Shown one piece after another: positions 1 through 12,566 of a stretch of DNA of 64,000 nt. The notes below the pieces were generated by a model. The model had not been told where the DNA came from, did not search any database, and was given only the letters and a program-made list of their open reading frames with translations. This DNA is from Obrimoposthia wandeli (taxonomy: Eukaryota): assembly GCA_977020255.1 (NCBI GenBank), contig CDROCS010000506.1, positions 2,108,001 to 2,172,000 on the forward strand, in the 5' to 3' direction. Position 1 is the first letter of the stretch. Every line of letters starts with the position of its first letter. A program made the translations under genes and the position numbers.

Positions 1-2
1 CC

Positions 3-85
<83 letters not shown>

Positions 86-213
86 CACAATGGGCGAAAG
101 CCTGATGCAGCCATACCGCGTGTATGAAGAAGGCCTTAGGGTTGTAAAGTACTTTCAGCGAGGAGGAAAGGGTATTGCTTAATACGTAATATCTGTGACG
201 TTACTCGCAGAAG

Positions 214-269
<56 letters not shown>

Positions 270-492
270 ATCGGAATTACTGGGCGTAAAGCGCATGCAG
301 GCGGTTTGTTAAGCGAGATGTGAAAGCCCCGGGCTCAACCTGGGAACTGCATTTCGAACTGGCAAACTAGAGTTCTTGAGAGGGTGGTAGAATTTCAGGT
401 GTAGCGGTGAAATGCGTAGAGATCTGAAGGAATACCAGTGGCGAAGGCGGCCACCTGGCAAGTAACTGACGCTCAGATGCGAAAGCGTGGGT

Positions 493-526
<34 letters not shown>

Positions 527-632
527 CGTAAACGATGTCTACTCGGAGTTTGGTTCCTTGCGAACTGGGCTCTTAAGCTAACGCATTAAGTAGACCGCCT
601 GGGGAGTACGGCCGCAAGGTTAAAACTCAAAT

Positions 633-703
<71 letters not shown>

Positions 704-759
704 CTCTTGACATCCACAGAATCTGGTAGAGATACCTCAGTGCCTTCGGGAACTGTGAG

Positions 760-791
<32 letters not shown>

Positions 792-797
792 TGTGAA

Positions 798-833
<36 letters not shown>

Positions 834-873
834 TCCTTATTTGCCAGCACGTAATGGTGGGAACTCTAAGGAG

Positions 874-926
<53 letters not shown>

Positions 927-1084
927 CTTACGAGTAGGGCTACACACGTGCTACAATGGCGCATACAAAGGGCTGCAAACCAGCGATGGTAAGCGAATCC
1001 CATAAAGTGCGTCGTAGTCCGGATTGGGGTCTGCAACTCGACCCCATGAAGTCGGAATCGCTAGTAATCGTGAATCAGAATGTC

Positions 1085-1138
<54 letters not shown>

Positions 1139-1259
1139 GGCTGCACCAGAAGTCATTAGCTTAACCTTCGGGAGGGCGATGACCACGGTGTGGTTCATGA
1201 CTGGGGTGAAGTCGTAACAAGGTAGCCCTAGGGGAACCTGGGGCTGGATCACCTCCTTA
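1..1259 (+). rRNA. rrs: 16S rRNA (5'-truncated by window edge), operon 1
   Basis: Universal 16S motifs (ACTCCTACGGGAGGCAGCAG, GTGCCAGCAGCCGCGGTAA, AAGTCGTAACAAGG) ending in anti-SD GATCACCTCCTTA; gammaproteobacterial signatures throughout. Confidence 0.99.
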
Positions 1260-1372
1260 CGTAAAGTTGTTAATCTTTGTAAGTGCCCACACAAATTGCT
1301 TGAATAGAAAACGTTAAAGACGCGAGAAAGCAAAATTAAGTATCCGTACTTACTTTTGCTTTTTAGCAAATT

Positions 1373-1384
1373 GCTCTTTAAAAA
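1373..1384 (+). promoter_or_regulatory. ITS boxA antitermination element (tRNA-free ITS)
   Basis: GCTCTTTAAAAA in the spacer; no tRNA recognisable between 1260 and 1528. Confidence 0.8.
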
Positions 1385-1528
1385 TTTGGAAAGCTGAATA
1401 AATAAAGAAGTTCTTAAAACACGTTATTACTTCGGTAATGACAATGAAGTGTTCTTGAGTATTCTTGAGGCGAAAAAAACTAGATAATACCTAGTTATTT
1501 CAATTGTACGGTCTACTTTAGATTGTAT

Positions 1529-3409
1529 GGTTAAGTGACTAAGCGTATACGGTGGATGCCTAGGCAGTCAGAGGCGATGAAGGACGTGTTAATCTGCGTT
1601 AAGCTGTGGGGAGTTGATAAAAAGCGTTAATCCACAGATTTCCGAATGGGGAAACCCACCTTACTAAGTAAGGTATCGTAACGTGAATACATAGCGTTAC
1701 GAAGCGAACCGGGAGAACTGAAACATCTAAGTACCCCGAGGAAAAGAAATCAATAGAGATACCCTTAGTAGCGGCGAGCGAACGGGGTCTAGCCCTTAAG
1801 CAGTTTGGAAGTTAATGGAAGAATCTGGAAAGTTTCACGATACAGGGTGATAGTCCCGTACATGAAAACGACCTTACTGTGAAATCGAGTAGGACGGCAC
1901 ACGTGATATGCTGTTTGAATATGGGAGGACCATCTTCCAAGGCTAAATACTACTGACTGACCGATAGTGAACCAGTACCGTGAGGGAAAGGCGAAAAGAA
2001 CCCCTGTGAGGGGAGTGAAATAGAACCTGAAACCGTATACGTACAAGCAGTGGGAGCAGACTTGTTCTGTGACTGCGTACCTTTTGTATAATGGGTCAAC
2101 GACTTAATTTCAGTAGCAAGGTTAAGCGAATAGCGGAGCCGTAGGGAAACCGAGTGTTAACTGCGCGAATAGTTGCTGGGATTAGACCCGAAACCCGGTG
2201 ATCTAGCCATGGGCAGGTTGAAGGTTGAGTAACATCAACTGGAGGACCGAACCGACTAATGTTGAAAAATTAGCGGATGACTTGTGGCTGGGGGTGAAAG
2301 GCCAATCAAACCGGGAGATAGCTGGTTCTCCTCGAAAGCTATTTAGGTAGCGCCTCGCGTCTAACTATTGGGGGTAGAGCACTGTTAAGGCTAGGGGGTC
2401 ATCCCGACTTACCAACCCTTTGCAAACTCCGAATACCAATAAGTTCAATCGCGGGAGACACACGGCGGGTGCTAACGTCCGTCGTGGAAAGGGAAACAAC
2501 CCAGACCGTCAGCTAAGGTCCCAAAGTGTATGTTAAGTGGGAAACGATGTGGAAAGGCTCAGACAGCCAGGAAGTTGGCTTAGAAGCAGCCATCTTTTAA
2601 AGAAAGCGTAATAGCTCACTGGTCGAGTCGGTCTGCGCGGAAGATTTAACGGGGCTAAACATACCACCGAAGCTACGGATGCAAGACTTGTTCTTGCATG
2701 GTAGAGGAGCGTTCTGTAAGCCGTTGAAGGTGAGTTGAGAAGCTTGCTGGAGGTATCAGAAGTGCGAATGTTGACATGAGTAACGATAATGGGGGTGAAA
2801 AACCTCCACGCCGAAAGACCAAGGGTTCCTGTCCAACGTTAATCGGGGCAGGGTGAGTCGACTCCTAAGGCGAGGCCGAAAGGCGTAGTCGATGGGAAAC
2901 TGGTTAATATTCCAGTACTCGCTTATATTGCGATGGGGTGACGGAGAAGGTTAGGCTAGCATGGCGATGGTTGTCCATGTTTAAGGTAGTAGGCAAGTGA
3001 CTTAGGCAAATCCGGGTCGCTCTCTTTAATGAGAATGCTGAGAACTGATGACGAGTCTCTACGGAGATGAAGTAGTTGATACCCGGCTTCCAGGAAAAAC
3101 CTCTAAGCTTCAGATATGAGAGAATCGTACCCCAAACCGACACAGGTGGTTAGGTAGAGAATACTAAGGCGCTTGAGAGAACTCGGGTGAAGGAACTAGG
3201 CAAAATGGTACCGTAACTTCGGGAGAAGGTACGCCAATGATGGTGAAGGACTTGCTCCGTAAGCTATTGTTGGTCGCAGAGAAATGGTGGCTGCAACTGT
3301 TTATTAAAAACACAGCACTGTGCAAAATCGAAAGATGACGTATACGGTGTGACGCCTGCCCGGTGCCGGAAGGTTAATTGATTGGGTTAGACTTAGGTCG
3401 AAGCTCATG

Positions 3410-3507
<98 letters not shown>

Positions 3508-3765
3508 GGCCACGCTGTCTCCACCCGAGACTCAGTGAAATTGAAATCGCTGTTAAGATGCAGTGTACCCGCGGCTAGACGGAAAGACCCCGTGAACCTT
3601 TACTATAGCTTGGCACTGAACATTGAACCTACATGTGTAGGATAGGTGGGAGACTGTGAAACATTGTCGCTAGATGATGTGGAGTCTACCTTGAAATACC
3701 ACCCTTGTACGTTTGATGTTCTAACGTAGGCCCCTTATCGGGGTTGCGGACAGTGTCTGGTGGGT

Positions 3766-3808
<43 letters not shown>

Positions 3809-3929
3809 ACGAAGGTTGGCTAAACATGGTTGGACATCATGTGGTTAGTGCAAAGGCATAAGCCAGCTTAACTGCGAGACAGACACGTCGAGCAGGTACG
3901 AAAGTAGGTCTTAGTGATCCGGTGGTTCT

Positions 3930-3985
<56 letters not shown>

Positions 3986-4014
3986 ACCGCCCAAGAGTTC
4001 ATATCGACGGCGGT

Positions 4015-4057
<43 letters not shown>

Positions 4058-4059
4058 TT

Positions 4060-4092
<33 letters not shown>

Positions 4093-4261
4093 TGGTACGC
4101 GAGCTGGGTTTAGAACGTCGTGAGACAGTTCGGTCCCTATCTGCCGTGGGCGTTTGAGAATTGAAAGGAGCTGCTCCTAGTACGAGAGGACCGGAGTGGA
4201 CGAACCACTGGTGTTCGGGTTGTTATGCCAATAGCATTGCCCGGTAGCTAAGTTCGGAACT

Positions 4262-4292
<31 letters not shown>

Positions 4293-4429
4293 AGGCCTTG
4301 AGATGAGTTCTCACTGGAGCTTTAAGCTCCCTAAAGGGCCGTTGGAGACTACAACGTTGATAGGCAAGGTGTGTAAGTGCTGTGAGGCATTGAGCTAACT
4401 TGTACTAATTACCCGTGAGGCTTAACCAT
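1529..4429 (+). rRNA. rrl: 23S rRNA, operon 1
   Basis: Starts GGTTAAGTGACTAAGCG, contains sarcin-ricin loop AGTACGAGAGGACC and peptidyl-transferase motifs, ends GAGGCTTAACCAT. Confidence 0.99.
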
Positions 4430-4562
4430 ACAAATTAAAGTATGATTAATTGAAATATCGACTTAAGAATAGATTGAACACTTTATGTTTTAAAGACTTC
4501 TTTATTTATAGCTTTTCAGATTTAAAACGAAGTGAAAACTTCTATAGAAAGCAAACCAGATT

Positions 4563-4681
4563 TGCTTGGTGACCATAGTGTTGCGGTACCACCTGACTCC
4601 ATTCCGAACTCAGTAGTGAAACGTAATAACGCCGATGGTAGTGTGGGGCTTCCCCATGTGAGAGTAGGGCATCGCCAAGCG
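4563..4681 (+). rRNA. rrf: 5S rRNA, operon 1
   Basis: TGCTTGGTGACCATAG...CCGAACTCAG..GTGAAA...GATGGTAGTGTGGGG...CGCCAAGC. Confidence 0.98.
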
Positions 4682-4694
4682 CCAAATTAGAGAG

Positions 4695-4724
4695 AGCCGA
4701 TATCGTGATGATATCGGCTTTTTT
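4695..4724 (+). terminator. rrn operon 1 intrinsic terminator
   Basis: AGCCGATATC-gtgat-GATATCGGCT followed by a T run. Confidence 0.9.
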
Positions 4725-4810
4725 GTGTCTGAAATTTAAGGTTTGGACTATTATTTTAGTGCTTAATGCCCGCTCTCGTTAAAATACGGCGTTAAGGCGT
4801 GATGAGCACT

Positions 4811-4838
4811 AAAAAAAAACCAGCCTGCGGCTGGTTTT
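4811..4838 (-). terminator. pgi terminator
   Basis: AAAACCAGCC-tgc-GGCTGGTTTT with an A9 run on the + strand (U run on the - strand). Confidence 0.85.
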
Positions 4839-4883
4839 AAATAGATTACATTATCAATTTAAGTGAACAGAGTAACTCTGAGC

Positions 4884-6542
<1,659 letters not shown>

Positions 6543-6627
6543 CTAAATGGAATGTGGTAATTAATCTACATATTGAGCTGGTAAAGCGATTTAAACGTGT
6601 CTTAATCTGATGTAGCTTAACTATGTA

Positions 6628-6642
6628 AGTAATTTTATTACA
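6628..6642. promoter_or_regulatory. HexR-like operator upstream of pgi
   Basis: AGTAAT-TTT-ATTACA matches the HexR consensus TGTAAT-WWW-ATTACA as I recall it; a weaker copy GGTAATTAATCTACA lies at 6556-6570. Confidence 0.55.
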
Positions 6643-6753
6643 TAGTGGCTATTATTCATAAAAAAAATATCGTTAATGTTAGGCTTATCGCGTTTTTACT
6701 GCATGTTACACCTTGTTACAAAATATTTAACGATAAATAGCATAATATGAAGC

Positions 6754-6784
6754 TTGACCTTACACTTAGGGTAAAGGTTATATT
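6754..6784 (+). promoter_or_regulatory. CueR (MerR-type) promoter of copA
   Basis: TTGACC-19 bp-TATATT with imperfect dyad ACCTTAC...GTAAAGGT in the long spacer, 34 bp before copA. Confidence 0.85.
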
Positions 6785-6818
6785 TTATGCATATTATCAT
6801 TAATAAGGTTTTTTCGTT

Positions 6819-9218
6819 ATGTCTAAAACACTTTCAATCGGTATTGAAGGCATGTCATGTGCCGGTTGCGCAACCAAATTAGAGTCTGCTTTGAATGCTG
6901 AGAATGGTATTCAAGCAAAGGTTAATTTTGCACTTAATACCGCTCAAATAAATATAGCTGATATCACGACAAGTCATGCAGTAAAAGCTGTTTTAGATGA
7001 TAAGAATTATACTTACAGCAGCGAAACATTATCACTTTCTATTAGTGGTTGGTCTTGCGCTAACTGCGCGGCTAAAACTGTATCTAAACTATTAATGGAT
7101 AAAGATATATTAACGGTAGAGGCAAACTTCGCGAGTGAGAAAATAACTTTAACCTATTTTTCTGGAGGCATTATCCCTGCAGATATTATGAATATGATCA
7201 TTAGCCTTGGTTACCAACCGACAGTTAATCAAGGTAGTGTTGTATCACAAACGGAAAGTCTCTTAGCGCGAGGTGCCGAATTAAAAACAAAAAATAAGCA
7301 GCAGCTATTACTTGTGATCATTTCTGCATTATTAACATTGCCCTTACTTGCAGGGATGTTAACTATGTTTATTGATGATATTAACCTTATGATTCCGGTA
7401 TGGCTGCAATTATTATTAGCAACGCCCGTTCAGTTTATTATTGGTCGCCGATATTATTTAGGTGCATATCATTCATTAAAGAATCGGGCGGCTAATATGG
7501 ATGTACTTGTCGCGACAGGGACCAGTGCTGCTTATTTCTATAGTTTGTATTTATTTTTAACGCTCGGTGAAGCTGCACAAGGCGAAGTGTATTTTGAAGC
7601 CAGTGCTGTCGTAATCACCTTAATATCATTGGGTAAATATTTAGAAGAAAATGCCAAACAAAGTACATCTTCGGCTATCTACGAATTGATGATGTTGAGG
7701 CCTGAAATTGCCCATGTCAAACGTGGTGGAGAATGGTTAAAGCTAGCAATCGAAGAAGTTGTTATCGGTGATGAAGTTCGCGTACTTGCGGGTGAGAAAG
7801 TACCGGTTGATGGTATTATTATTGAGGGTAAAAGTGAATTAGATGAATCCATGATCACAGGAGAGAGTTTGCCCGTTGTAAAGAATATTGGGGACACGCT
7901 TATCGGTGGTTCTATTAATGGTACTGGTGTTTTACTGCTACAGGTGAATGCGGTTGGTAAGGATTCGAGTTTAAATAAAATTATCTCCCTGGTTGAAACT
8001 GCACAAATGGGCAAAGCGCCTTTTCAGCAACTCGTTGATAAAATAAGTAATATTTTTGTCCCTGTTGTTTTAGCTATTGCCACGTTAACATTTTTGACTT
8101 GGTATTTAGGCTTTGATGATTTTGAAAGTGGCCTTATTGCTGCTGTTGCAGTATTAGTTATTGCTTGCCCTTGCGCATTAGGTCTTGCGACTCCTGCAGC
8201 ATTAGTTACTGGTACTGGTACTGCTGCGCGACAAGGTATTTTAATTAAAGATATTGATACGCTTCAGAAGGCACATAAAATTACTGATGTCATGTTAGAT
8301 AAAACGGGTACATTAACACAAGGAAAACCTCAGGTTATCGCTGTCCATAGTTTTGATTATGATAACGATACTTTAATTCGCAGCGCCGCTGCGGTTCAAG
8401 AGTTTAGTGAACATCCTCTTGCAAAGTCGATCATCAGTTATGCTAAAGACAAACAATTTAAATTATTAACCGCTTCGCAAGTTGAAACTATTATTGGTTA
8501 TGGTATTAAAGGGAATATAGCTGACGAAAATATTTTGATTGGTAATAAAGAGTTAATGCTTGCTGAGAATATTGATACTCAAGATGGTGATTCCTTACTT
8601 GCTAAGTCTCGTGAAGATGTCGGTTCACAAATGTGGGTAGCAATAAATGGTCGCCTCGTTGGCTTATTTATCATTGCAGATACCCTACGTACTGAAAGTC
8701 GCGCTGCCATTGAATTATTAAAACAAGCTAATATTAATACCACGATAGTCAGTGGTGATAATGAGAACGCGGTAGAAGCCATCGCGCAAGTATTACAAGT
8801 CGATCATTATTACGCACATGTCAAACCTGAGCATAAGTCGAGTTATATTCAAGATAGACAGAAGCTTGGCAGTGTTGTTGCTATGGTTGGTGACGGTATT
8901 AATGATGCGCCCGCATTGGCGCAGGCTGATATCAGTATCGCAATGGGATCTGGTTCTGATGTGGCGATGGAAACGGCTAATATTACCTTATTAAGAAATG
9001 ATCCTCGTTTAGTATCTGCAGCAATGGACGTCTCGAAATTAACGTGGCGTAAGATCCAACAAAATTTATTTTGGGCGTTTATTTTTAATGTGATAGGACT
9101 GCCATTGGCTGCGATGGGTTATTTAAGCCCCGAATTAGCGGGTGCCGCCATGGCGTTTAGTAGTATTGCAGTATTATCTAATTCGCTGTTGATTAAGCGC
9201 TGGAAACCTAAGTTTTAA
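6819..9218 (+). CDS. copA: Cu(I)-translocating P1B-type ATPase
   Basis: Two N-terminal CxxC HMA domains, TGE, CPC, DKTGT, HP, GDGIND and MxxSS motifs. Confidence 0.96.
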   Translation: MSKTLSIGIEGMSCAGCATKLESALNAENGIQAKVNFALNTAQINIADITTSHAVKAVLDDKNYTYSSETLSLSISGWSCANCAAKTVSKLLMDKDILTVEANFASEKITLTYFSGGIIPADIMNMIISLGYQPTVNQGSVVSQTESLLARGAELKTKNKQQLLLVIISALLTLPLLAGMLTMFIDDINLMIPVWLQLLLATPVQFIIGRRYYLGAYHSLKNRAANMDVLVATGTSAAYFYSLYLFLTLGEAAQGEVYFEASAVVITLISLGKYLEENAKQSTSSAIYELMMLRPEIAHVKRGGEWLKLAIEEVVIGDEVRVLAGEKVPVDGIIIEGKSELDESMITGESLPVVKNIGDTLIGGSINGTGVLLLQVNAVGKDSSLNKIISLVETAQMGKAPFQQLVDKISNIFVPVVLAIATLTFLTWYLGFDDFESGLIAAVAVLVIACPCALGLATPAALVTGTGTAARQGILIKDIDTLQKAHKITDVMLDKTGTLTQGKPQVIAVHSFDYDNDTLIRSAAAVQEFSEHPLAKSIISYAKDKQFKLLTASQVETIIGYGIKGNIADENILIGNKELMLAENIDTQDGDSLLAKSREDVGSQMWVAINGRLVGLFIIADTLRTESRAAIELLKQANINTTIVSGDNENAVEAIAQVLQVDHYYAHVKPEHKSSYIQDRQKLGSVVAMVGDGINDAPALAQADISIAMGSGSDVAMETANITLLRNDPRLVSAAMDVSKLTWRKIQQNLFWAFIFNVIGLPLAAMGYLSPELAGAAMAFSSIAVLSNSLLIKRWKPKF

Positions 9219-9291
9219 CATCGTAAGCATTTGTCGTGTTTTCGAGGACATCGGCAGAGAGCCTTGTAATCATAAAGTTGTAGGTCAAATC

Positions 9292-9684
9292 ATGAAAAAT
9301 ATTAGTGCAGTAGCGAAACAAGTTGGTTTATCGACAAAAACGATCCGTTATTACGAAAGTATTTCTTTAACGTCTCACCCGGTACGAGGTGATAATGGTT
9401 ACCGATATTATAATCAGCATATTATTGATGAGTTGAATTTTGTTAAACGAGCGCGTGATGCTGGATTTAACCTTGAAGAGTGTAAAGAACTCATTCATCT
9501 CTATAACAGTGAAGAGCGTACGGCTGCTCAGGTTAAAGCGCTGACATTAGAAAAAATTGCGGATATTGAATCACGCATTGCTATATTACAAGGAATGCAC
9601 AGCACGCTGTCATCATTAGCCTCTGCTTGTACGGGTGATAATTCTTCACAGTGCGCTATTTTAGATCAGCTTTCAGTTGAATAA
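9292..9684 (+). CDS. cueR: Cu(I)-responsive MerR-family regulator
   Basis: MerR HTH (KTIRYYE, NGYR), C-terminal CTGDNSSQC metal loop; adjacent to copA. Confidence 0.92.
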   Translation: MKNISAVAKQVGLSTKTIRYYESISLTSHPVRGDNGYRYYNQHIIDELNFVKRARDAGFNLEECKELIHLYNSEERTAAQVKALTLEKIADIESRIAILQGMHSTLSSLASACTGDNSSQCAILDQLSVE

Positions 9685-9761
9685 ATATCACTGTTGCTGA
9701 CTTTACAGTAAACTAAGCGCTAAATAACACGACAAAATATTTGTGAAATAAAAGGTTTTAT

Positions 9762-10406
9762 ATGACTGAATCAGCGTTATCACGTGAAGACGAAATATTA
9801 TTATCAGATTGGTTATCTGGAGATGAAACACCGAAGGAAACTTTATCACTTGTTGCGATGAAAGGTTTTTTCTTTGGTTTAGTTGCTGCACCAGCCCCTG
9901 TGGAAACTGAAGATTGGATGGATATGATCTTTGGTGGTGCTGCGCCAAGTAATATTTCTGACGATAAACTTTTCGCGATCATCTCTGTTTACAATGAGAT
10001 CAGTGAGCAAGTTTATGACTCTGGCGCTAGATTGCCTGCGGAATGTATTGAGTGTGCAAACTTTACGGATAATTTTAAATCGGGCGCAGTATTTAATGAT
10101 TGGTCAATTGGCTTTGCGATTGGTGCGGCTTTTTATTATGAAAGCTTAGTTAATTCACTGGAAGATGATAGCGAAATTAGCCACGCATTACAGATGGCAT
10201 ACCTGTGTTTAAGTTACTTTTCTTGTGCTGGTACGGCTCAGCAAGTTGCAGACTTGCAACAAACTGAGTGGGAAGCATTTACTCAGACCGTTTTAGATAT
10301 GATGCCAGATTTTATTGTTGCTTACGCTCAAGTGATTGAGCAAGCTGCATTGGCAAGTGGTAATTATGATGATGAAGGCTGGGAAGATAGCGAACTTGAT
10401 GATTAA
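9762..10406 (+). CDS. YecA/UPF0149-family protein (no SEC-C motif)
   Basis: Acidic 214 aa; N-terminus resembles YecA (xGFFFGLVAAPAPV..W...IFGG; WSIGF). Confidence 0.7.
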   Translation: MTESALSREDEILLSDWLSGDETPKETLSLVAMKGFFFGLVAAPAPVETEDWMDMIFGGAAPSNISDDKLFAIISVYNEISEQVYDSGARLPAECIECANFTDNFKSGAVFNDWSIGFAIGAAFYYESLVNSLEDDSEISHALQMAYLCLSYFSCAGTAQQVADLQQTEWEAFTQTVLDMMPDFIVAYAQVIEQAALASGNYDDEGWEDSELDD

Positions 10407-10521
10407 TTAATCGCTACGCTCTCATTTAACGATGAAATATTTGGTTTGTTATAATTTCTTTGCCTTTTGTTTGGAGATCTGGATGATAGTTCAGATCTTT
10501 AAAGCTAACAATGGTGAATAT

Positions 10522-10920
10522 ATGTCTATATCTATCGAAGAAAAGTTAAAACGTGCTGAAACTAGAGTATGTAAAGCGGTGTTCCCATCTACAGTCAATC
10601 ACCATGATACTCTGTTTGGTGGGCAAGCATTATCTTGGATGGATGAAACGGCTTTTATTGCCGCAACTCGCTTTTGTCATAAACCCTTAGTGACAGTGTC
10701 TTCGGATCGGATTGATTTTTCTCACCCGATACCGGCCGGTTCTATCGTTGAATTGGTTGGCACTATCGATAAAGTTGGACGTACATCAATTCGGGTTAAA
10801 GTGGACATATTTGTTGAATCGATGAGTGAAGAAGGTCGCACCAAAGCTATTTCTGGTATGTTCAGTCTTGTGGCTGTCGATGAAAATAGAAAACCGACGC
10901 CGATCATGGATGAATCTTAA
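10522..10920 (+). CDS. Acyl-CoA thioesterase, hotdog fold (YciA-like)
   Basis: VFPSTVNHHDTLFGG..LSWMDE..VTVS motif; start moved from 10432 to ATG 10522. Confidence 0.88.
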   Translation: MSISIEEKLKRAETRVCKAVFPSTVNHHDTLFGGQALSWMDETAFIAATRFCHKPLVTVSSDRIDFSHPIPAGSIVELVGTIDKVGRTSIRVKVDIFVESMSEEGRTKAISGMFSLVAVDENRKPTPIMDES

Positions 10921-11196
10921 TATCTAATTAGGAAACAGTTTATTTTTTAATACTGCAGCAACGGTCATGTATTTATTATACGATAGACCTGTTGCCGCTG
11001 TTATCCATTTATGGTTAAGTCTAATCTGTATTAAGTAGGGGTTCAGCCCACTTATTACAAATAAAATAACCTCGCTCAATGATATATTCCTAGACCTTCA
11101 ATGCTATTATTCCTTCTGTAAATTAAAATCGTAAAATACATACTGTTATTATGCGAGAGACTTCACTATTTAACGTCCGTTACAAATAGGATAATT

Positions 11197-12225
11197 ATGT
11201 CGAAACAAGCAGATAAAATCCCCACCAATATTATTACTGGTTTTCTTGGCGTGGGTAAAACTACCGCTATTCAGCAGTTACTTAAGCAGAAACCTGCAGA
11301 TGAAACGTGGGGGATCTTAGTCAATGAATTTGGTCAAATTGGCATTGATGGCACTTTATTATCTACCTTTACTGATACGTTAACAGATCAAGCAAAACGT
11401 ATTATAGTTAAAGAAGTACCTGGTGGCTGTCTGTGCTGTGTAGCTGGATTACCCATGAAAATGGGGCTAAATATGTTAATCAGTAAAGCTAAGCCAGATC
11501 GTATTTTGATTGAACCAACTGGTCTTGGGCATTTACAGCAAGTGATTAAAGACTTATCCGGAGAGTTTTATTGTGACGTATTAGCGCTAAATGCAACAAT
11601 ATGCTTAGTCGACCCCGCTCATCTTAATGATGCAAAGTACGTTGAAAATAACCACTTTCAAGATCAAATTAGTCTCGCTGATGTACTTGTTGCGAATAAA
11701 ACAGAACAATTAAATAGCGAAGATAAAGCGCGTTTCATGGATTTTAGTCGCCAACTCACCCCTGTTAAACAATCCGTTTTATGGACTCATCATGGTGACT
11801 TTTCAGCGGATACCCTTACATTACCACTTGATGCGCAACGCCGATCTCAACATCTATCGGCACATTTAAAACACAGTCATACTCATCAGCATAAAAAAGA
11901 GTCCTTAGAGCTGTTTGTGGATCCGCGTTTCGAACGTAATCATGGTGAAGGACAAGACTTATTTAGTTATGGCTGGGTCTTTAATCAGCAACAGACATTT
12001 AATTTAATGGCACTTGCTACGCTGTTAGAGCCTTTAGAAGTAATACGCTTGAAAGCTGCGATTAAGACCGAACAAGGCTGTTTTGCGATAAACAGTGTTA
12101 ATGGTGAGTGTGACTTTATGCCGATAAGTGAACTAGAGATGAGTAAAATCGAAATTATTAGTATGACCGCGTTACCTTGGCAACAGCTAGAAAAGGCATT
12201 ATGTGAATCTCTTATGCCAAAATAA
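11197..12225 (+). CDS. COG0523/CobW-family G3E GTPase (metallochaperone)
   Basis: GFLGVGKTT, NEFG, GGCLCC, EPTG, NK motifs and a His-rich segment HLKHSHTHQH. Confidence 0.9.
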   Translation: MSKQADKIPTNIITGFLGVGKTTAIQQLLKQKPADETWGILVNEFGQIGIDGTLLSTFTDTLTDQAKRIIVKEVPGGCLCCVAGLPMKMGLNMLISKAKPDRILIEPTGLGHLQQVIKDLSGEFYCDVLALNATICLVDPAHLNDAKYVENNHFQDQISLADVLVANKTEQLNSEDKARFMDFSRQLTPVKQSVLWTHHGDFSADTLTLPLDAQRRSQHLSAHLKHSHTHQHKKESLELFVDPRFERNHGEGQDLFSYGWVFNQQQTFNLMALATLLEPLEVIRLKAAIKTEQGCFAINSVNGECDFMPISELEMSKIEIISMTALPWQQLEKALCESLMPK

Positions 12226-12409
12226 ATAATAGAGTCTGAATTTTAAATTTCATCTTTAAAACTAAAATGAGTTAAATATAGCTTAATTGTTATATATGTT
12301 AGCTATACATTGCCGCGTACTAGGAGATTGGTACAAACAAAACAATCATTGACTGCTTCTTTTTACGTATACTTTAAGTATAACTTGGGTAATTAAATAC
12401 TTGGTGTAG

Positions 12410-12469
12410 ATGATGGCAGATAAACAAATTAAATCTTTATTACGTATGCGACTTGGATACAGTAGCTAA
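12410..12469 (+). CDS. Candidate leuA leader peptide (MMADKQIKSLLRMRLGYSS)
   Basis: 19-aa uORF with Leu codons TTA TTA x x x CTT; its stop lies inside an 11-bp hairpin (12461-12494). Confidence 0.4.
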   Translation: MMADKQIKSLLRMRLGYSS

Positions 12470-12566
12470 GCCTTGAATGTGGTGCTTAGCTGCTGATATT
12501 ACCACGCGCGATAACCGCTAATTCATCATTGATGATGTGACTGTAAATATGTAAAAGGATCTTAAT

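Noticed and set aside
3005-3045. Slightly extended 23S helix as a possible intervening sequence
   Set aside because: Only a few extra nt and present in both operons; too short for an IVS.
309-3143. ORF calls inside rRNA operon 1 (62-102 aa), and likewise 22088-27238 in operon 2
   Set aside because: Spurious frames within rRNA genes.
11130-11196. Zur box upstream of the COG0523 GTPase
   Set aside because: Only a TGTTAT half-site; no matching second half.
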